DNA from: an uncultured virus (IMG/VR IMGVR_UViG_3300005917_000001)
Lineage: Duplodnaviria; Heunggongvirae; Uroviricota; Caudoviricetes
IMG/VR virus record: IMGVR_UViG_3300005917_000001
Strand: one strand, 5' to 3'
Length of the DNA: 64,000 nucleotides
In this document: positions 9,272-18,800 of the stretch, one piece after another
Layout of the letters: each line of letters starts with the position of its first letter
Numbering within the stretch: the stretch's first letter is position 1
Notes under the pieces: model-generated
What the model was told of the DNA's origin: nothing
Database searches by the model: none
The model's input: only the letters and a program-made list of their open reading frames with translations
Made by a program: the position numbers and the translations under genes

Positions 9272-10038
9272 ACCATCTTCCTCAACACCAGGGCCGCGCA
9301 GGTAAACAGGTTGTCGGGTAGTATCTTTTGTTTCAATTTCTCGATATGTTCGTGCCGGCGCGGGTCGTCTGCGGCGTACACTGTGCTGTTTTCGATGTAA
9401 TAGGCCCAGGGGTCCGGGATGTCGTAATCCAGATCCCCGACCGGTACGGCCACATCGGCCACGGCCTCCACTATCTCGTACAGCAGGTCCCGGTGAAAGG
9501 TGCGGAATGTGTTAAACCCCTTTACGTAAAAATCAACGGTACTGGCAAACACCCTCCCCGGTTTCAGGACCCGCATAACCTCCCGGACGGCCTCGGCAAT
9601 CCGGTCTACAAACTCGTCCTCGGCGCAGTCCTCCACCAGATGCTCCAACACGCAGATGGATGTGACCGCATCAAAACACCTGTCCGGATACGGGATCGCG
9701 TATATGTCGGCCTCCCTATAGACAATCCACCGCTGATTCGACGCATAGTCCAGAAACTCCTGATCGGGCGGATCGGGATCAATAGCGTGAGCGATACATC
9801 CCAACTCCCTCAGATAGAAGGGGAGCAGGCCTCTGTGACTCCCGATATCCAGCACCACATCCCCCCGCTTGGGCCGGATACAGCCCGCCACGTGGGCGCA
9901 CTCCCACAACCGGACCCCGCCGGTCGGGACACCTTTTATCCCGTCCGCATCAAGACCCCGGGCCGTAGCCTTCAACCTGGCCACAATATCCACGTAGCCC
10001 TCATAATCCTTATCCTCAAACACCTTATTACAGACCAT
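9268..10038 (-). CDS. Class I SAM-dependent methyltransferase
   Basis: VLDIGS.RG, FDAVTSICVLEH, RVLKPG. Confidence 0.9.
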   Translation of the reverse strand: MVCNKVFEDKDYEGYVDIVARLKATARGLDADGIKGVPTGGVRLWECAHVAGCIRPKRGDVVLDIGSHRGLLPFYLRELGCIAHAIDPDPPDQEFLDYASNQRWIVYREADIYAIPYPDRCFDAVTSICVLEHLVEDCAEDEFVDRIAEAVREVMRVLKPGRVFASTVDFYVKGFNTFRTFHRDLLYEIVEAVADVAVPVGDLDYDIPDPWAYYIENSTVYAADDPRRHEHIEKLKQKILPDNLFTCAALVLRKMV

Positions 10039-10051
10039 GTCAGCCTCCGGG

Positions 10052-10170
10052 TACTGGTTACTGGTTACTGGATACTGGATGCTGGTTACTGGATACTGGT
10101 TACTGGTTACTGGATGCTGGATGCTGGATACTGGTTACTGGATAGTGGATATTAGTTATTTGTTATTGGT
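10052..10170. repeat. CTGGWTR heptamer array followed by TTATTNG array
   Basis: About 13 CTGGATA/CTGGTTA/CTGGATG units ending at a CCGGAGG RBS on the minus strand. Confidence 0.9.
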
Positions 10171-10395
10171 CATACAGTGAAACAGTTTCACCTCACTGTA
10201 TGACGCCTCCTGCCCCAGGGCCTGATCAATAGCCCGGACCAGGTTGCACCGGTACGTGTTCTCCACGATAATCTGCCTGGCCGCTTCCGCGACCTTTTTA
10301 TCATCATCCCCTGCCGACACCCTGTCCTGCAAATGCCAGATCTTGATATTAGCGATACTTAGATCATCCACCAACTGCCCGATACTCTTCTCCAT
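10156..10395 (-). CDS. DUF4254-like small helical protein
   Basis: SIGQLVDDLSIANIKIWH.QD motif; start reassigned to MEKSIG. Confidence 0.6.
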   Translation of the reverse strand: MEKSIGQLVDDLSIANIKIWHLQDRVSAGDDDKKVAEAARQIIVENTYRCNLVRAIDQALGQEASYSEVKLFHCMTNNK

Positions 10396-10420
10396 AATTT
10401 CAGCTCTCCAGGCTGGCGCA

Positions 10421-10550
10421 AAGTTTAAAAGATTTTCTCTCACCCCGGTACCATCTCCCGGAGCTACGGGGCAGGCAGAGCCCACAGAGATCACAGAGTT
10501 TTTTTATTTATAAATCTTTTCTCTGTGTCCTCTGTGTCCTCTGTGAGAGC
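10421..10550. repeat. CACAGAG palindrome with 33-bp CCTG-hairpin insert (10443-10475)
   Basis: ctctca[insert]cagagcccacagagatcacagag...ctctgtgtcctctgtgtcctctgtgagag. Confidence 0.9.
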
Positions 10551-10566
10551 CTTTTTCATCTTTTTT

Positions 10567-11631
10567 TCACAACTGATCTCTCCACACCTTACTCGTCCGC
10601 ATCCCCTTAAACGGCGCCAGCATCATAACGGTTTTCACAACCTCTCCCGGATCGATATCCCCGGCCTTGCCCTGCTCGACAATGACCCGGCGGGCAAAGG
10701 GTTCCTCGGCGATCGAGGCCCAGTGATACCCGTGGACATTCGTGGTAAAACTCGGGCTCCAGTCAGGGGTCCGCTCTACAATACTCACCGTGGGTATGGC
10801 ATGGAGCCAGGACAGGTGCATAATGGCACCGTCAATGGTGATACACCCCGCGCATTGCTTGAGGATAGCCGTCTTGGTCCTGATTCCGATCTCATGGGTC
10901 AGATCGATCACCCGGTCCCCGGTCAGGATCTCCTTAAACGGTTCGCGCTCGTCCGGGGCGCCGAATACGGCCACTGCATAGTTCCGGTTCAGCAGATCCC
11001 GGATGATCAGCTTCCATCGGTTCACCGGATAGCACGCCCTGCCCGGATCATGGGTAAAGGGATGGATACCGATAATACACAACCCGTCGGACCGGGCCTT
11101 ATGGATCAGAGCCTTTGCCGCCTTCAGGTCATCCGGCCCGCAGGCGACCTCGGCCAATTCAAAGTCAAACTCGTCTACCGTCAGATCCATCTGCTGAAAA
11201 AAATCATCCATACAGATAGCCCGGATCCTCGGAAACCGGATCAGGGGATAGATACGGTTGACCACACGCCGGACGACCCATTCCGGATCCATCCCGGACG
11301 TATAGGCCGCCATAGCCCCCGGATCGATCCGGCAGGTATCGCGCATAAACCGGTCGATATGGGTCCAGTTGAAGTCACCGCCCCTCTGGTGGGCCGTGAC
11401 GATCTCATCTATCCCCGGATCCTTTTCAAAGATCTGCCGGGTCAGACCGGGATTCTTCCCGTCTAAATAAAGATATACCCGCAGCAGGGGAAAATAGTCC
11501 CTGAGGCTCGCCAATATCCTGAAATAGGCGTTGTTCTTATAATGATGCACCACATCACCGAGCCCGCCGCCTATATAGATAAAGGTCTTGAAATTAATCT
11601 GCTTCCGTATCGGTTCCCATCGCTCTTTCAT
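10567..11631 (-). CDS. Glycosyltransferase family 9-like
   Basis: GGLGDV, IGIHP, ITIDGAIMHLS motifs. Confidence 0.85.
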   Translation of the reverse strand: MKERWEPIRKQINFKTFIYIGGGLGDVVHHYKNNAYFRILASLRDYFPLLRVYLYLDGKNPGLTRQIFEKDPGIDEIVTAHQRGGDFNWTHIDRFMRDTCRIDPGAMAAYTSGMDPEWVVRRVVNRIYPLIRFPRIRAICMDDFFQQMDLTVDEFDFELAEVACGPDDLKAAKALIHKARSDGLCIIGIHPFTHDPGRACYPVNRWKLIIRDLLNRNYAVAVFGAPDEREPFKEILTGDRVIDLTHEIGIRTKTAILKQCAGCITIDGAIMHLSWLHAIPTVSIVERTPDWSPSFTTNVHGYHWASIAEEPFARRVIVEQGKAGDIDPGEVVKTVMMLAPFKGMRTSKVWRDQL

Positions 11632-12710
11632 GATGCCACCGCCATTTCAAACTGCTCCCGGACCGACTCGTAGGAGTAGGCCCTTATGGCCTTGCGGGCA
11701 TGATCCACCACTTTTTTGTAAAATTCCGGTTCTTTCAGGAGCCGATCCGCCAGATGACAGGCCCGGTCGATATCGCGCGGGTGTTGGATATAGGTGTACG
11801 GAAACAACCGCTCCCCGGCCACAGACCCGCTGCACACAAGCGGTACCTCCACCGTGGCGCAGTCTAAGGGGAACTGCCCCCGGGTCTCTAAGATATCGAG
11901 ATGCACGGCGATCCGGGCACGGGCCAGGTCCTTGAGATACCGGCCCCAGGGCTTCAACTCTATCTCCTCCACGTCGGTCAGCCCGACCAATGCGTAACTG
12001 TCCCGCATGACGGCCGCGTCTTCGATCGGAGTGGCCGTATGCAAAAACACGGATAGTCCGTATCTGTCGCGGAGAAACCGGGCCACGGCCAGGGAAGAGA
12101 AGATATTTCGTTCTTCATTGACATTCTGGATACCCTTGCCCAATGCCACATAAGACCCTTTCGGGATATCCCCCACTGTCTCTGCCGCCTCTACGGGATG
12201 CGGCCGGTCGATCGCGTGAAAATGCCTGCCGTTCGATACCTCGATCGGATACGGATACTCGACCGAGTGAAAATGCCCACCCCCGCGGATCGCCCGCCAG
12301 TAGGGAATACTCTCGTCCCTCGAATAACAAAACATATGTTCTGCCTCGCGGCAGATACTGAGCCAGGTTTTTTTAAAGGGCAGGGGGAGTGAATTCATCT
12401 GATACCCCCAGCCTACCGGTCCGTCACAGTACGCGATGCTCGCGGTTTTCATCTCGCGGATCACCCGGAGGATCTTCTCGTACTTCTCCGGGTTGCCCGG
12501 TTCGGTCAGCAGCCAGAACATGACATACTCAAACCGGTTGCACTCCTCTACCGTCACCTCCTGCCAGGACTGACACTCGGCCTCCCTGTTCTTCCAGTCC
12601 CAGCATTTCATCCAGCACACGGCCACATTCTGCGTCGCCTCCCGGGCCGTGCGGTGTTTCTCCAACCAGCCCTTCTCAATATCATGCACAAACAGAAATT
12701 TTTTCATCAT
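11628..12710 (-). CDS. Glycosyltransferase (GT-B fold)
   Basis: ETRGQFPLDCATVEVPLVCS resembles the E-x7-E nucleotide-sugar-binding region; cluster context. Confidence 0.7.
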   Translation of the reverse strand: MMKKFLFVHDIEKGWLEKHRTAREATQNVAVCWMKCWDWKNREAECQSWQEVTVEECNRFEYVMFWLLTEPGNPEKYEKILRVIREMKTASIAYCDGPVGWGYQMNSLPLPFKKTWLSICREAEHMFCYSRDESIPYWRAIRGGGHFHSVEYPYPIEVSNGRHFHAIDRPHPVEAAETVGDIPKGSYVALGKGIQNVNEERNIFSSLAVARFLRDRYGLSVFLHTATPIEDAAVMRDSYALVGLTDVEEIELKPWGRYLKDLARARIAVHLDILETRGQFPLDCATVEVPLVCSGSVAGERLFPYTYIQHPRDIDRACHLADRLLKEPEFYKKVVDHARKAIRAYSYESVREQFEMAVAS

Positions 12711-12712
12711 TT

Positions 12713-12912
12713 CCTCTCACAGAGCCCACAGACCCGCCTGCCTCGCGTTGCGAAGCATTGCGGGCAGGGGACACAGAGTTTTTAATTTTAAAAGATTTTC
12801 TCTCACAGGGCCCACAGACCCGCCTGCCATCGCCTGGCACTGGCGGGCAGGGATCACAGAGTTTCTAATTTATAAATCTTTTCTCTGTGCCCTCTGTGCC
12901 TCTGCGAGAGAC
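12713..12912. repeat. CACAGAG palindrome with duplicated arm and two CCTG-hairpin inserts (12733-12768, 12819-12851)
   Basis: Both inserts sit at cacaga^g. Confidence 0.9.
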
Positions 12913-12927
12913 TTTTTTGCCCTTTAT

Positions 12928-14643
12928 TCAAAATCGGAGTCTTCGCTTACCTCGATGTTCATCTTTTCCCACCCCCGTCCCATTCCCACTTCTTGCCGTA
13001 AATATCTCCCATCGATTCCCCGACACCAACGGATGCGCCGATACCCGGCCGCCGACCGCGTCATCGGGTATGAGCCCGGCTTTTTTCAGCTTCCAGTGCC
13101 ACCAGGTCGTATCCCGGATACAGACATGGGTCGGGTCCTGCTTGATTTTGTGCACCCGTTTTTGGGTCTCCTTATCAAAATAATCCGTGGCAATGGCAAG
13201 AAAGGCCAGCCCTGCGGGCTTTAGGACCCGTTCGATATGGTTTAGCGCATCAAGTACCCGCGTCTCCGGTATATGTTCGAGACAGTCCCTCGAAATTACC
13301 ACATCAAAGAACCCGTCTCTGTAAGGCAGACCCATGGATACATCCGCCTGCTTCAGGGTCGAAACGTGCCGGGTTTTAACCGTATATTTGGAGATATCCA
13401 CCCCGTGGGCGTCGATACCCTGTTGGCGCAGGTGATACACGAGATCCCCGAACGCGGCCCCCACATCCAACAGCCGGTCCCCGGGCGAAAGCCCTAACAC
13501 GTCGATGATAAACCCGGCATAACTCTGGTGGAACGTGTTGTCAGTGCCCCAGGCCTCCGCGTTGTACCAGCCTAAATGCCCCCGCTTCATAAAATAATCC
13601 CGGTCAAAGGCCTCTGCCGGATCAGGGGCGTTCAATATCTCCTTTAACTCACGGGTGATCTCCTCCGGCTGGATCGATTCGAGACAGAGGGGCGGATAAT
13701 CTCCCCACTCCTTGTACGCGCACTTGAGCGCATCCCAGCAGGGACAGTATACCCAGTCGCCCTTAAACGGCTCTACCCGGTCCTGTTTTCCCACCACTGT
13801 GGAATATGGCAGCCGGGTCCCTTTGGCCCGTCGCTCTATTATTCGCAGGTTCAGGTGGTATTTCCCGAAAACCCGCAGGTCTTCGCACCCGAATACGGCC
13901 ACCGTGGGCCTCGCAGTGAGCTGAGAAATCCAGAACATGGCCGATGCCGGGGCAACCACCGCGTCTAATAAGGATGTCACGGCCATCCACTCTCTGAGAC
14001 CGAGACCGCGGCAGGTTATTCCGCCCTTGATCGGGAGATCCCTATCATGAAATATCAGGGGAAGCGCCCCTTCCTGCCGGCACCAACCGATCAGATCCTG
14101 CACAAGTGGTATGGGGATGTCCTTCGAAGGGTGGGAGGTAACCGGCGCGATTCCGATCTTCTTTCCCGGACCCAACCGGTCGAGATATTCACGGGCAAAG
14201 GTCATTTCTTCATCCGTAAAGGTCAGATGACCCCGATGTGAGGTCAGGGACAGGCCAATGGACCCGGCCAAAACATCGGCCCGGTTCCGGGTTACCTCAG
14301 GCATGGCCCGGCGCTCGACCTTACCGGGCACCATGGTGATATCCTTGATCAGGACATAGTGATCCTCTACCGTGTCCATATTCAGGGACTCGACCGCGAT
14401 CTTATGATCGATAAAGGGATGGTCCTGGATCAGGGGTAAATACTTCCGGGGGACCGCAAAGGTGACCTCGCCGACACCGGGCACTTGCTTCAGGTCCTCG
14501 AAGAGCAGACGGGCACAGAGGATATCGCCGATCCCGCCCAGACGGTTAATCAAAAGCACCCGGCGGGTAGACAACAGCTCGAAACGCTTGCGGATGTCCT
14601 GCAGGGGCTTTACCACATGAGTCTTTTGTCGAAAATCAGGCAT
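12928..14643 (-). CDS. GT9 glycosyltransferase fused to a SAM methyltransferase
   Basis: N-terminal GGIGDIL; C-terminal LLDVGAAFG, DCLEH, RVLKP. Confidence 0.88.
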   Translation of the reverse strand: MPDFRQKTHVVKPLQDIRKRFELLSTRRVLLINRLGGIGDILCARLLFEDLKQVPGVGEVTFAVPRKYLPLIQDHPFIDHKIAVESLNMDTVEDHYVLIKDITMVPGKVERRAMPEVTRNRADVLAGSIGLSLTSHRGHLTFTDEEMTFAREYLDRLGPGKKIGIAPVTSHPSKDIPIPLVQDLIGWCRQEGALPLIFHDRDLPIKGGITCRGLGLREWMAVTSLLDAVVAPASAMFWISQLTARPTVAVFGCEDLRVFGKYHLNLRIIERRAKGTRLPYSTVVGKQDRVEPFKGDWVYCPCWDALKCAYKEWGDYPPLCLESIQPEEITRELKEILNAPDPAEAFDRDYFMKRGHLGWYNAEAWGTDNTFHQSYAGFIIDVLGLSPGDRLLDVGAAFGDLVYHLRQQGIDAHGVDISKYTVKTRHVSTLKQADVSMGLPYRDGFFDVVISRDCLEHIPETRVLDALNHIERVLKPAGLAFLAIATDYFDKETQKRVHKIKQDPTHVCIRDTTWWHWKLKKAGLIPDDAVGGRVSAHPLVSGNRWEIFTARSGNGTGVGKDEHRGKRRLRF

Positions 14644-14650
14644 AAGAATT

Positions 14651-14815
14651 ATCTCTCACAGAGGCACAGAGATCACAGAGTTTCTAATTTTAAAAGATTT
14701 TCTCTCACAGAGCCCGCAGAGATCACAGAGTTTTTTTATTTATAAATCTTTTCTCTGTGCCCCCTGCCCGCCAGTGCCAGGCGATGGCAGGCGGGTCTGT
14801 GCCTCTGTGAGAGCC
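14651..14815. repeat. CACAGAG palindrome with CCTG-hairpin insert (14763-14795)
   Basis: Arm end supplies GAGAG upstream of the ATG at 14643. Confidence 0.9.
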
Positions 14816-14841
14816 TTTTTTATCTTTTATTCCTCACGCCT

Positions 14842-15423
14842 CTAACTATAAGTGTAACCGGCTCGATCATCCCACACCTTGTTATAGTCATTGACCCCGC
14901 TCGCAAACTGGATATCGCTTTCCATCAGTTTGGAGGCCGCGGCCAGGACCTGGATCGTCACGTCCGAGGCCCCGGACTGGCTGTTGTCAAAAAAGATCTT
15001 GTCCATGGGGAGATCCAACTGGTTAAAGGTCCAGATTTTCCCCATAACAGACACGTCAAACTCGATCACATCACGGCCCACGGCATTGAATCTCATATTG
15101 AGATCGTCGCTTGCGATGATAAAACCGTTATCTGCCGGGATCCGGACCGCGGCGCCGTGAAGCGTCTGTAGATCCGCGCCGATATCGAGTTCATTGGCCG
15201 CATAGGTGGTGCCCGCTGTGATGGTCTCCGAATAACACTTGTATATTCCCGGATCCAGCGAGACCGCCGTATAGGTCAGCTTGGAGATCTGCCAGGCCGC
15301 GGCTGCCGCCAGGGTTCCGGGTGCGGCGCGTCCGATATAGAGCGGATATCCGTTGCTGTATTCGACCTTGGTAACCAGGTCCTTATGGGCAAAGGGATAT
15401 TGAATGGTCTTAGAATTGATCAT
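14842..15423 (-). CDS. Hypothetical virion protein
   Basis: Start reassigned to MINSKT after AGGAGG; YIGRAAPG...AAWQI and WDDRA..TY motifs. Confidence 0.7.
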   Translation of the reverse strand: MINSKTIQYPFAHKDLVTKVEYSNGYPLYIGRAAPGTLAAAAAWQISKLTYTAVSLDPGIYKCYSETITAGTTYAANELDIGADLQTLHGAAVRIPADNGFIIASDDLNMRFNAVGRDVIEFDVSVMGKIWTFNQLDLPMDKIFFDNSQSGASDVTIQVLAAASKLMESDIQFASGVNDYNKVWDDRAGYTYS

Positions 15424-15505
15424 GGTAGGGCCTCCTTCCTGAAGTCTTCCCGCGAAGGCGGGAATCCAGTGTTTGTTGGGTTTGTTGGTTAAAGAGGCGA
15501 TAGAC

Positions 15506-15583
15506 AAAAAAAAGGCCGGTACGGAGAAACCTCCATACCGGCCTTATAACCTCTATACGCCCGGGCGGATCAGGCCCTGGCGC
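15506..15583 (-). terminator. YTGATC-loop hairpin plus intrinsic terminator, copy 1
   Basis: gggc-CTGATCC-gccc then aaggccggtatggag/ctccgtaccggcctt and T-run. Confidence 0.8.
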
Positions 15584-15681
15584 GTCTTTTGTCCCTGCCC
15601 GCAATGCTTCGCAACGCGAGGCAGGCGGGTATCTTGCTCTTTATGGTCTCATAATGATTTCCTGTTTGTCAAGTAAAAAAC

Positions 15682-15830
15682 ATCTCTCACAGAGCCCACA
15701 GAGATCACAGAGTTTTTTTATTTATAAATCTTTTCTCTGTGCCCCCTGCCCGCCAGTGCCAGGCGATGGCAGGCGGGTCTGTGCCCTCTGCCTGCCCCGT
15801 AGCTCCGGGAGATGGTACTGGGGTGAGAGC
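15682..15830. repeat. CACAGAG palindrome with two CCTG-hairpin inserts (15745-15777, 15791-15823)
   Basis: Removing both 33-bp inserts restores ctctgtgccctctgtgccctctgtgagag. Confidence 0.9.
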
Positions 15831-15845
15831 CTTTTTCATCTTTTT

Positions 15846-18800
15846 TTACTGACTTCCGACTTCCGACTTCTGACTCCTGGCCGTTCGCCCCATTCTGCGT
15901 TTCATCTCACTCCTCGCCCTCTTCCTCGCTCCTGCGACAATCCGCTTTATCATACGCTCCTTCCACTCTTCCCGTCTGTTGGCCCATCCGCTCGCACTCA
16001 TCAGCCGTTCTAATCTCGGTCTCGCCATGTTACTCGTCCGCTCGAGGTAGTTCTCGTACTGGTCATTTCCCATCTTATGCTTCACACCGCCCCACGAAAA
16101 AGTCCGTCCGGCGGGACCCGGCAAACTCGCCCCTTGCTTCAACATTCGGATCAGGGTCTCATAAACAGGATCTTTTCCCTTTTTCTTGACAATGGGTAGT
16201 ATGGCGCCGGAGGCCCCGGTCTCGGCTATCTCGGCCAGTCTTTCGCGATATCGCTGCTCAGCCGCGGCTTTTTGCTCATCCGATTTCTGCGGATCATTCT
16301 TTATCCGGTACAGCTCCTTTCTTAGATCCTGGACATTCACCGCGGCAATAGCCCGGGTCTGGCTCGGACTCACGGCCACAATATTAAACCCGAACCAGCG
16401 GGCAAAGGCCTGTCCCGGTGTGACCTTTTTGTCCCATTTGTCTTTCTTGCCTTCTACGGCCTTGATGCTGTAACCCAGGGCCCCCTTATCCGGAGACAGC
16501 ATAGACGGCATCCAGGTAAAGGCCAGAAACTGGACCACTTTGGCCGCCTTCATAGGCGCCGGATCCAGCTTGTTGTATAAGGGGGTGCCATAGAAAGGAT
16601 GCTGCGGGGGCTGATCGCGCACGGCCGATTTTATCATCCATGCAACATCGAGATACGGGTTTGAAATGCCGAGTCCCTTGAAGATCTCGCCCGCGTCCCT
16701 ATCGGACACGTCCCGGCCCAGGTTCAGCCAGTTGCCCCAGGGAAAGAAATATTCCGCGTTCACCCACTGCCACTGGCCTTCAGGCGTCTTTCGCGGCAGG
16801 ATCATCATGGATGCCGACTTTTTGATATAGGCCGGGAGCTGCTTTTCCAGATCATCCCAGTCATCGTCATCGAGATCGAACATGGACCGGGTCAGTGCCT
16901 CCATGGCAAAGGGCACGGCCATAAACTTCAGGATCACCCAGGGTCGCTTTTTGAGCGATTCGGCAATGAGCGGGGCTATCTTATATTGATAAGAGGCAAA
17001 TGGAATGTAGTGTTTTCTCGCACTTTTAACAGACCGGGAGGCGAGAGAATAATCCATTCCCCACTTCATGGCCTCCAATACCGACTCATCTACCGTATGT
17101 CCTGCCTTACGCATCTGCAAAAATATGGCGTGCTTACTGAAATCGTCGATCTTCCCGTACCAGCGTGCCAGCCGCTTGATCAACATCAGGGCATTATGGT
17201 AACCGCCGCCGGCCGCTTGAGCCTTACGGACCTCGTCCAAAACATCGTTTATCTCGGTCTGTGCCCAGCTTGTATTGAAAATCCCGTGACTAAACGCCTC
17301 CTCGTAATACTCATCTTTTGCCGTTGCTGATTTTAATGCAGCAGGGATGTCCTTAAACATCACAGACAATAAGGGTCTTCCCCTCATATTATTCTGCATG
17401 ATATTTGAGATCACGTTCCTGAAGGCCGTAGGGAAATTAAGCGCCACCTTGCCCATCTTAAACAAGGCCATACCCTCGGTCTCGATACGGCCCAATGTCT
17501 CCCACACCTTGCCCTTGTCAGAGTAAAACGCCACAACCGGCATCACATCCTTTGCGATCGGCGTCTGCACAAACGCCCCTGCCAACGGGCCATAGCTCTT
17601 GGTAGTGGGGAGCTGGGTGTAGTCCCCGGGTACGTTCTTTGTGTCTTCAATGGCCTTGTCGAGAGCGGCCTGCAGGTAATCCCGTTTTTTCTTGATCTCC
17701 TCGGACGGAGACTTTTCCATCATCTCTTTATATTTATCCACCTCTTCGATCAGCTTGCCGATCCCCATCTTGACGGTAGTCTTTTGCCCTTTACGTCCGG
17801 GCCATCTCGGTACCTCCACCATAGACGGCGTCCATACCCATTTATCGTTTGCCGCGATCTTTTCGAGATAATCGAACTTGGCAATATCGGTGAGCGCCTT
17901 ACCCATACCCACGGGTATGGCGATCGATGCGTCTTCGATCAGACCGAGGGCCTTTTTTTGATCCGCGGTGAGGTCTTTTCGCTGTTTGGCATAGGAGAGA
18001 TTCAGCTTACCCGTGGAGGTGGTCACTGCACCGACTTTATCCCCTAATATATGATACGCATACATATAATGGACATAATGCCCCTTCATCTTATCAAAGC
18101 TCTCCTGGCTGATAATCCCCCGGTCCACCAGCATCTGCCCGATGACCGTGGTCTTTTCCTTCAGCGCCACTGCCAAAGACCGGGCCTCTTCAGGCAGAAG
18201 ATTCTCGTCGATCTGCCCGTCCATAAAGCGGAAAAGATCCTTTTTCACCTCATCCGGAAAGGCGTCCAACTTCTCGTGGATCTTGTCGATATATCGCAAT
18301 GCCCGCGCCGCGGCGCCCATCCCCTCATATCTGGCAAACAGCGCCTCATCCCCCTCCGGCACAGTAGAAAACGGCTTCCAGAACTCCTTAAAATGCCCCC
18401 AAAACCGCCGCAAAGCCGACCGCTTCGCATCCCGATCCCCAGTCAACCCAGCCACACTCGCCGGCTTGGGTTTCCCTTCCTTTCGGATGCCCTTTTTCTT
18501 TTCATTCGTTATCGGAGTCTGTCGCTTACCTCGTCGTTCGTCAATCGTTATCGGAGTCTGTCGCTTACCTCGTTGCTCTTCCCTTCCAACCACCGCCTCC
18601 CGAATCACCCCTCTAATATCTCCCTCCCGATACTTTGTTCCTAAGCCAATTTCCCGATATCCATATCTCACATTAATCCCGGCCTTACGCAGCATCGCCT
18701 TGACCGCCCGGATAATACGATCCCACACGGTCTTTGGCAGGGTGTCATTGACCATTCCCTCCACAACCCACTCTTCCGCCGCCTCGGCCCGGCCCTTCTC

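Noticed and set aside
10156..10395. Avd candidate
   Set aside because: Motif fits DUF4254-like proteins; too short and located in the GT cluster
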